In this document: piece after piece, positions 24,619-30,469 of the stretch
How the letters are laid out: each line of letters starts with the position of its first letter
Numbering within the stretch: position 1 is the stretch's first letter
DNA from: Candidatus Methylomirabilis oxygeniifera
Lineage (GTDB): Bacteria > Methylomirabilota > Methylomirabilia > Methylomirabilales > Methylomirabilaceae
Reading direction: 5' to 3'
NCBI GenBank assembly: GCA_000091165.1
Contig: FP565575.1
Location: 2,190,001 to 2,222,000, forward strand
Length of the DNA: 32,000 nucleotides
Made by a program: the position numbers and the translations under genes
The notes under the pieces: generated by a model
The model's input: only the letters and a program-made list of their open reading frames with translations
Database searches by the model: none
What the model was told of the DNA's origin: nothing

Positions 24619-26253
24619 TCATGTCTGACCCTTGGCGTCCTCTTCGGGCGAGGGCCCGCCTTCACCTCCATAGCCTCGCTCAACCAGGTGCTTCTCAATA
24701 TCTTCTTTCGCAAAGCCGATTCGTTGAGCGACCTTATGGGCATGACTGATCCGTGAGATCCCATCGATCAGTCGATGGGTAGGAGAACCATGGACAAACT
24801 CTGCCTGACGATAGAGGCCGACATCTCGTGTTCGAAACTGCTCCGCCAGCTCGTAATTATGGGTGACAAGCAACGTATTGTTACCGACTTGGTAAAATCC
24901 ACCGAGGATCGTATGGGAGATTTCCAACTTTTCCTGATAGGTAGTTCCTTCCGCCAGTTCATCCAGAATGACCAGGCTTCTGGGCGACGATGCGAAAAAG
25001 ATGGCCTTCGTGCGCTGTAACTCCGTTCCGAACCTCCCCTCGCGATCGACCAGCGAGTTACTTTCCGGAACCTGATAGAAGATCCGATCAGCCACTGAGA
25101 GTTGCGCCCGTTCGGCAGGCACATAACAACCGATCTGCGCCAGCAGTTGTGCCTGGGCAATGGTCTTGCAAAAAGCGGTTTTTCCACCCCCGTTGGGGCC
25201 GGTCACAAACGTTAATTTCACCCCGTTCAGGTTGATATCGTTGGGTACGTACTCGGCATTTCCCTTCCCCAGGATAGGGTTTCTAACTCGCTCCAGAACC
25301 ATAGCATGCCGATCCGAATCAATCAGCGAAGGCAGTACGGTCGGGCCGCCGAAGGCCTTGGCGTAGCAGTGGAAGGACAGCAATTCATCGATCTGTCCCA
25401 ATGCCTCTAACGCCTGATGAACATCTCGTGAGTCTCTATAGCCGTCTCGCAATGGATAGATAATGTTGTCTCGATCAAACCCTCCAATGAGAGGTCCGTA
25501 CAGCATGAATGAAGGGAGCAAGAACACCATCACGGCCGGCATCGCCGCGCGGGCTATCCCAAGAGTGGGAGCGTAATGCAGGAAGAGACCCATCGCAATC
25601 ACGAGCGCAACGATCAATCGCGGCTTGAAGAGAGTTGGTCTGAATTTGATGGCTGGGGTCAACAGCCACTTTTCAGCCTTCGTTTTGATGGCCCTCTCCG
25701 TCAGGTAGGCAGGGCCTTTCATTAAGGTATGCGATCGTGTGGAACCGAACGCCTTCAGCGTATCGAGGCGCGCGCGAAGATAGGGGCTTTCTGGTGTCGG
25801 CAGGCCGTGAGCGCCCTTCACGAGACCGAGCATGAGCTCCGTTCCTTGCCGATACGTTTTATGCCCATACCCCCCTGTCTCCATCTTTCCCCGGGGATCC
25901 CCGAGGGTGCCGACAAAGGTTCCAAACAACAGGCGGTAAAATTCCTCCTCGTGTTTTGCGGCCTGCTGTACCAGCGCTTCGATTCGCGCTCTCAGATCGG
26001 CGTTCGAGTCCAGTTCTTTGAGCGCGTCCTGTTTGGCCGTGATGGTCTCGATCGAACTCAAGGGATGGGCTAACGAGCGGTAGAGCGTGGCTTGCCCGGC
26101 GATGGTACCGGCGTAATTGACGGCGTCAAAGAGTCGACCAACTTCTATCGCGTTGAACGTGCTCTCATCAAGCACGCCTTCCCCTGTTTTCGCCGCTGTA
26201 GTCGAGCGAACCGACAGTTCCCTGCCGATGGCTTTTAGAAGAGGTTCGGACAT
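24619..26253 (-). CDS. MutS-related ATPase (domain III + domain V only) with two internal transmembrane helices
   Basis: 544 aa. The N-terminal TIAGQATLYRSLAHPLSSIETITAKQDALKEL matches the start of the MutS core (domain III). Hydrophobic stretches lie at about aa 212-228 and 236-258 (LIVALVIAMGLFLHYAP, AMPAVMVFLLPSFMLYGPLIGGF; nt 25480-25620). Walker A is FVTGPNGGGKTAFCKT (nt 25177-25200), Walker B is LVILDELAEGTT, followed by LLVTHNYEL. No mismatch-binding domain I, no Smr and no nuclease domain are recognisable. AGGAG RBS. Confidence 0.75.
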   Translation of the reverse strand: MSEPLLKAIGRELSVRSTTAAKTGEGVLDESTFNAIEVGRLFDAVNYAGTIAGQATLYRSLAHPLSSIETITAKQDALKELDSNADLRARIEALVQQAAKHEEEFYRLLFGTFVGTLGDPRGKMETGGYGHKTYRQGTELMLGLVKGAHGLPTPESPYLRARLDTLKAFGSTRSHTLMKGPAYLTERAIKTKAEKWLLTPAIKFRPTLFKPRLIVALVIAMGLFLHYAPTLGIARAAMPAVMVFLLPSFMLYGPLIGGFDRDNIIYPLRDGYRDSRDVHQALEALGQIDELLSFHCYAKAFGGPTVLPSLIDSDRHAMVLERVRNPILGKGNAEYVPNDINLNGVKLTFVTGPNGGGKTAFCKTIAQAQLLAQIGCYVPAERAQLSVADRIFYQVPESNSLVDREGRFGTELQRTKAIFFASSPRSLVILDELAEGTTYQEKLEISHTILGGFYQVGNNTLLVTHNYELAEQFRTRDVGLYRQAEFVHGSPTHRLIDGISRISHAHKVAQRIGFAKEDIEKHLVERGYGGEGGPSPEEDAKGQT

Positions 26254-26383
26254 TCATACACTCCTATCGAAGACGTCACTACTACAATAGCATCTTCTGC
26301 TCTCTAATGGCTAGTCCTGTGGTTGCACCCTTCCGGGTCAAACTCTCATCGATTTGTCCAGCCATCTGATCACGGTGCAGGCG

Positions 26384-26497
26384 GTCGTCCGCATTCATAC
26401 AAATTTCTTGTTAAGTGCCGAAGAAGGTTATAGAGTTTGGGCCAGCTTCAAGAACGGCTGGTCGAGATTGACTGATCAGCTTATATGATAGTCGGAC
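26384..26497 (+). repeat. ~114-bp direct repeat, copy A (upstream of brnT)
   Basis: Ungapped hand alignment with 27325-27438 gives 96/114 identities. The core 26426-26468 is 41/43 identical. It contains GTTAAGT (26410-26416) and promoter-like TTCTTG-17-TTATAG (26405-26433). Confidence 0.9.
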
Positions 26498-26562
26498 TCT
26501 GCAGACCTTGTTAGCATCGTATGCAAAGCGTATGCTAAGGGGAGATTTCTGGAGGGTATCTA

Positions 26563-26850
26563 TTGCGGATTACTGAAATCATCTGGAAAGAACGTGTGGT
26601 TGAGAAGATCGCGGGGAAGCATGGTGTGTCAGTTGCAGAGGTGGAAGAGGCACTTCTTTCCAGCCCCGTGGTCAGGAAGATGGTTAAAGGACGCGTCCAT
26701 GGGGAGGACCTGTACGCGGCTCTGGCTCAGATCAGTAGTGGGAGATATTTGATCGTCTTCTTCATTAACAAGAAGCGCGGCATGGCGCTGCCGATCTCGG
26801 CGCGTGACATGGACCGCGCGGAGAGAAACTATTATGGCGGACACAAATAA
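26563..26850 (+). CDS. brnT: BrnT-like (DUF497) toxin
   Basis: TTG start 6 nt after GGAGGG. IIWKERVVEKIAGKHGVSVAEVEEAL...SGRYLIVFFINKKRGMALPISARDMDRAERNYY follows the BrnT pattern ('W...K...KHGvsfeEaeevf ... iriISAR.a.k.Er..Y'). Confidence 0.65.
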   Translation: MRITEIIWKERVVEKIAGKHGVSVAEVEEALLSSPVVRKMVKGRVHGEDLYAALAQISSGRYLIVFFINKKRGMALPISARDMDRAERNYYGGHK

Positions 26851-27103
26851 GCGCGTAGACCCCCTGCCGGAGGAGTTTAGGTCGGAGGAGGAGGCTGCCG
26901 AGTTCTGGAACACCCACAGCATCACCGACTATGAGGAATTCCTGGAGCCTGTCGGTCTCGAAGTGGACCTCAAGAGGCGACACTTCGAGATAGAAGTGGA
27001 TGAGGAGAGCTTCTTGGTGTTGCGCGACAGGGCCAAGAAGCTCCAGAAGCCGGCAAAGGAACTCGCGAGCGAAATCCTCAAGCAGAAACTCGCGACGGTT
27101 TGA
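26834..27103 (+). CDS. brnA: BrnA-like / CopG-type antitoxin
   Basis: From the ATG at 26834 (17-nt overlap with brnT): MADTNKRVDPLPEEFRSEEEAAEFWNTHSITDYEEF... plus a C-terminal RHH-like LRDRAKKLQKPAKELASEILKQKL. The FxSEEEeaeFWdTHdstDY block is typical of BrnA antitoxins. Confidence 0.7.
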   Translation: MADTNKRVDPLPEEFRSEEEAAEFWNTHSITDYEEFLEPVGLEVDLKRRHFEIEVDEESFLVLRDRAKKLQKPAKELASEILKQKLATV

Positions 27104-27138
27104 GGGCGTTTGAATAGGCTGATTTGGGATGATCCGAC

Positions 27139-27381
27139 ATGGAGTCAGGTGACTGGGCGGTCCATGAGCTGCTCGGCCATCGCGATGTCAGCACTACAAT
27201 GATTTACGCCCACGTTTTGAACCGAGGTGCAGGGAAGTCCACAGCCCAGTCGATAGACTCGGAGTGGGCTTGGGCGGTCAGCAATCGGAAAATTGGAGAG
27301 GCTAACATAAGTGCAGCGTGTGCCATCGTCCGCATTCGGGCAAATTGCTTGTTAAGCGCTCGAGATGGTTATAGAGTTTAG
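27139..27381 (+). pseudogene. C-terminal relic of a tyrosine recombinase (integron-integrase/Xer-like box II)
   Basis: ESGDWAVHELLGHRDVSTTMIYAHVLNRGAGKSTAQSID (27142-27258) matches only the last ~40 aa of tyrosine integrases ('LLEsGydirtVQELLGHsDVsTTMIYTHVLnrGG.GVrSPlD', with the catalytic Tyr in MIY). An in-frame stop at 27130-27132 and brnA lie immediately upstream, so about 300 N-terminal codons are missing. Confidence 0.7.
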
Positions 27382-27438
27382 GCCAGCTTCAAGAACGACT
27401 GGTCGAGATGGACCGATCAGCTTACATGATGGTTAGAC
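27325..27438 (+). repeat. ~114-bp direct repeat, copy B (upstream of the HNH gene)
   Basis: See copy A. It contains GTTAAGC (27351-27357) and TGCTTG-17-TTATAG (27346-27374). It starts about 65 nt after the end of integrase homology and ends 35 nt before the HNH start. Confidence 0.9.
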
Positions 27439-27472
27439 GCACGTTGAGCAAGCGAAAGCGAGATAGCGTGGA

Positions 27473-27808
27473 GTGAACAATTGGAACATTCCTGATTGGC
27501 TAGAAAAAGAGGTAAAGGACCGAGACAGGAGCTGCGTCTACTGTCGTATCGACTTTTTGGGGACATCCAATAGGACGAGAAAGTCGATCGCGACATGGGA
27601 ACATATTGTTAACGACGCGAGAATAATCAATCGCGAAAACATCGCCAGATGCTGTTTCTCATGCAATTCGAGCAAAGGCACGAAGAAGCTTTTCGATTGG
27701 CTCGAATCCAATTATTGCAAGAAGCGCGGAATCACCAAGGATACGGTCGCTGGAGTGGTAAAGAGGGCACTCGCTCCTCAGCCAAACATTCGTGACGACG
27801 GTGCCTGA
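27473..27808 (+). CDS. small stand-alone HNH endonuclease
   Basis: 111 aa, GTG start. CVYCRIDF...ATWEHIVNDARIINRENIARCCFSCNSSKG has the CxxC...H-N-(N/H)...CxxCN zinc-finger HNH layout. It is markedly AT-richer than its surroundings: I counted 28/60 G+C in 27481-27540 and 25/60 in 27601-27660. Confidence 0.8.
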   Translation: MNNWNIPDWLEKEVKDRDRSCVYCRIDFLGTSNRTRKSIATWEHIVNDARIINRENIARCCFSCNSSKGTKKLFDWLESNYCKKRGITKDTVAGVVKRALAPQPNIRDDGA

Positions 27809-27876
27809 CCCGTCGGTCAACACGGACGCACCTCAGCGGGGCTTCACCCACCTCTCGTACGCCAGTTACCTTCGGA

Positions 27877-28737
27877 TCAGGCAAACACCACGGTCTTGTT
27901 GCCATGCACCAGCACCTTATCCTCCAGGTGCCAGGTGACGGCTCGCGCCAGCACCACCCGCTCTACGTGGCGGCCGATCCGCTTCAGATCCTCCACAGTG
28001 TGACGGTGATCCACCCGCTCGACATCCTGCTCGATGATCGGCCCGGCATCCAACGCATCGGTCGCGTAATGCGCCGTAGCGCCGATCAATTTAACCCCTC
28101 TCGAGTGCGCCTGCGCATAAGGGTCTGCCCCGACAAAGGCCGGCAAGAAGCTGTGGTGAATGTTGATAATCCGGTTGGGAAACCGGCGGATAAAAGCCGA
28201 CGAAAGGACACGCATATACCGCGCCATGACGATCAGGTCAACCTTACCTTCGACCAGTTGAAGCTGTGAGGCCTCAGCCTGCTCTTGTCGCTCCTGCGTG
28301 ACCGCGATATGGTAAAAAGGAATACCGTAGGCCTCGACAAGTCCGCGCAGGTTAGCATGATTGCTCACGACCATGGCGATCTCCGCGGCCATGTCCTCAG
28401 CCCTCCATCGCCACAGTAGCTCCAGCAGGCAGTGGTCCTCCTTCGATACAAAGATGGCTATGGGCTTGACGCGGGCCGCGTTCGTCAGCCTCCAATCCAT
28501 CCGGAACCGGCGGGCGATCGGCTCGAAAACTCGCTCCAGTTCAGTGCCACGACTGTCCAGTTCCGGAAGGTCGAACTCGATCCGCACGAAGAAGACGCCC
28601 CCCTCCGGGTCGGTGGTATGCTGGTCCGAGTGCACAATATTGGCGCCCTGTTCAAACAGGCACTGCGAGACTGCCGCCACAATACCTGGCCGGTCAGGAC
28701 ACGAGATCAGCAGGCGGGCCCGAGTGTTCAACGCCAT
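27877..28737 (-). CDS. purU: formyltetrahydrofolate deformylase
   Basis: From the ATG at 28737 (GGAG RBS): N-terminal ACT domain ARLLISCPDRPGIVAAVSQCLFEQGANIVHSDQH, then the formyltransferase core IINIHHSFLPAF.GA.PY.QA...GVKLIGATAHY. Confidence 0.92.
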   Translation of the reverse strand: MALNTRARLLISCPDRPGIVAAVSQCLFEQGANIVHSDQHTTDPEGGVFFVRIEFDLPELDSRGTELERVFEPIARRFRMDWRLTNAARVKPIAIFVSKEDHCLLELLWRWRAEDMAAEIAMVVSNHANLRGLVEAYGIPFYHIAVTQERQEQAEASQLQLVEGKVDLIVMARYMRVLSSAFIRRFPNRIINIHHSFLPAFVGADPYAQAHSRGVKLIGATAHYATDALDAGPIIEQDVERVDHRHTVEDLKRIGRHVERVVLARAVTWHLEDKVLVHGNKTVVFA

Positions 28738-28951
28738 ACACTCTCCACCATTCAGAATTGCCACAGAAGGGGCCTAGCCTGAAACGACAACAGAGCGGGT
28801 AATCCTGGAATGGACTATACGTGTGAAATGATACAAGAAGCGACCCAACGCGCCTGGGATGAGCACTGACAGGCACTCATCGCGCACCATGTAAACGCCT
28901 ATCCCGCGAGTCGGCCCACGCCGAGGGGTGTCTGTTGATTAGAAGCGGAGC

Positions 28952-30454
28952 CTATCGCTTCGCTTTACTAAAGCGCCCTTCCCACTGCACGCCTGGGGCA
29001 TTGGGATCCGTGGGGACGTTCAGCTCGTAGTTGAACTGGCCCATAAGGTATTCATGGACGTGCCGGGCGGCTTCCTTCGCCTGTCCCATAGCCAGAATCA
29101 CCGTCGAACCGCCGGTCACGACGTCGCCGCCCGCAAATACCCCCTTCTTGCTGGTGTGGTAGGTGGTAGTATCGACCATGACGACGCCCCACTTGTTGGT
29201 ACGAAGCTCAGGCGTCATGCTGGGGATGATCGGGTTCACGTCGCACCCCAATGAGAAGACCACCGTGTCCACCTCATCGACGAAATACTCGCCGGTGGGT
29301 ATTGGTTTTCGTCTGCCGGATTCATCCGGATCGGACAGCTTCATCACCTCGCACCTGATGGCTTTGACGAAGTGGCGCTCGTCGCCGATGAACTCCACGG
29401 GGTTGGAGAGCCACTTGAACTCGATGAACTCCTGCTCGGCATGCTCCAGCTCCTCCGTCCTGGCCGGGGCCTCATCGTGGGAGCGGCGGTAGTAACAGGT
29501 GACATCCGCACCAAGCCTCTTACCGGTACGGAGTACGTCCATGGCAGTATTGCCAGCGCCGATGACCGCCATCTTTTTGCCCTGGTAGAGGGGCGTGGGA
29601 AAGTGCGGGAACTGATTGGCGTTCATGAGATAGATTCTGGTGAGATATTCGTTGGCGGAATAGACGCCATTCAGATTTTCGCCGGGGACGCCCAGCATCT
29701 TTGGCAGGCCGGCGCCGGTGCCGATGAACACCGCATCAAATCCTTCCTGTTCCAGGAGATCATCGATGGTCAGGATCTTGCCGATCACCATATTGTAGAC
29801 GAACTCGACCCCCATATCTTCAAGCAGTTTCAGATCTTCGTCGATGACCTCCAGCGGCAACCGGAATCTTGGGATACCGTAAACCATGACCCCCCCGCCA
29901 CGGTGGAACGCCTCGAAGACCGTGACCTCATGGCCGCGAGAGCGAAGCTCATAAGCGGCGGTCATCCCTGCCGGCCCGGATCCGATGACGGCGACTCGCT
30001 TGCCGGTCGAAGGCGGCATCTCCGGAATGCGGTCCAGCTTGTGCTCACGCTCGTAGTCCGCCACAAACCGCTCCAGATTGCCGATACCAACCGGATCGTT
30101 CTTCTTGCCCACCACGCAGACCGCCTCGCATTGCTTATCCTGGGGACAGACACGGCCGCAGGCGGCGGGAAGAAAGTTGGTTTCACGAATCTTCTTGGCC
30201 GCACCGGCGACGTCCCCCTCCTCAACAAGCTTAATGAAGGCGGGGATGTTGATGCCTACAGGACACGCGGGTACGCATTCAGGCTTCTTACACTGAATGC
30301 ACCGTATTGCCTCGTCCTGGGCCTGCTCCATCGAGTAGCCGATGGGCACCTCCTCCCAGCTAAGAATGCGCAACCCTGCCTCATGTAGCGGCATGTGGTT
30401 GCGTGGCTTCTGCATCCGCTCCTTTGCACTGAGTCCCTTGCGTACTTCTGCCAT
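28952..30454 (-). CDS. glutamate synthase small-subunit family NAD(P)H oxidoreductase (NfnB/SudA-like)
   Basis: EAIRCIQCKKPECVPACPVGINIP and ACGRVCPQDKQCEAVC Fe-S motifs, VAVIGSGPAGMTAA FAD fold and MAVIGAGNTAMD second dinucleotide fold. It lies 15 nt downstream of an NfnA/SudB-like partner gene. Confidence 0.88.
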   Translation of the reverse strand: MAEVRKGLSAKERMQKPRNHMPLHEAGLRILSWEEVPIGYSMEQAQDEAIRCIQCKKPECVPACPVGINIPAFIKLVEEGDVAGAAKKIRETNFLPAACGRVCPQDKQCEAVCVVGKKNDPVGIGNLERFVADYEREHKLDRIPEMPPSTGKRVAVIGSGPAGMTAAYELRSRGHEVTVFEAFHRGGGVMVYGIPRFRLPLEVIDEDLKLLEDMGVEFVYNMVIGKILTIDDLLEQEGFDAVFIGTGAGLPKMLGVPGENLNGVYSANEYLTRIYLMNANQFPHFPTPLYQGKKMAVIGAGNTAMDVLRTGKRLGADVTCYYRRSHDEAPARTEELEHAEQEFIEFKWLSNPVEFIGDERHFVKAIRCEVMKLSDPDESGRRKPIPTGEYFVDEVDTVVFSLGCDVNPIIPSMTPELRTNKWGVVMVDTTTYHTSKKGVFAGGDVVTGGSTVILAMGQAKEAARHVHEYLMGQFNYELNVPTDPNAPGVQWEGRFSKAKR

Positions 30455-30469
30455 CTCGACGCCTCTCCC

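Noticed and set aside
26384-27438. CRISPR array or bona fide integron attC sites
   Set aside because: There are only two copies, each 114 bp long and about 84% identical, spaced about 830 bp apart, which is not CRISPR-like. For attC, GTTRRRY is present, but I found no RYYYAAC inverse core or extended dyad symmetry. The integrase relic also points the wrong way for a classical integron platform. The attC idea is kept only as a hypothesis.
28738-28951. ZTP (pfl) or THF riboswitch upstream of purU
   Set aside because: A CGCCTGGG string (28850-28857) resembles the ZTP 3' element, but it is on the plus strand and purU is on the minus strand. On the minus strand, GGGTCG lacks the GGGUCGUGAC...CCGCCUGGGC partners.
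29372-30388. 338-aa ORF on the plus strand
   Set aside because: It lies entirely antisense to the well-supported GltD/NfnB-like gene. Its translation is low-complexity and Arg/Gly/Leu-rich, typical of shadow ORFs in GC-rich DNA.
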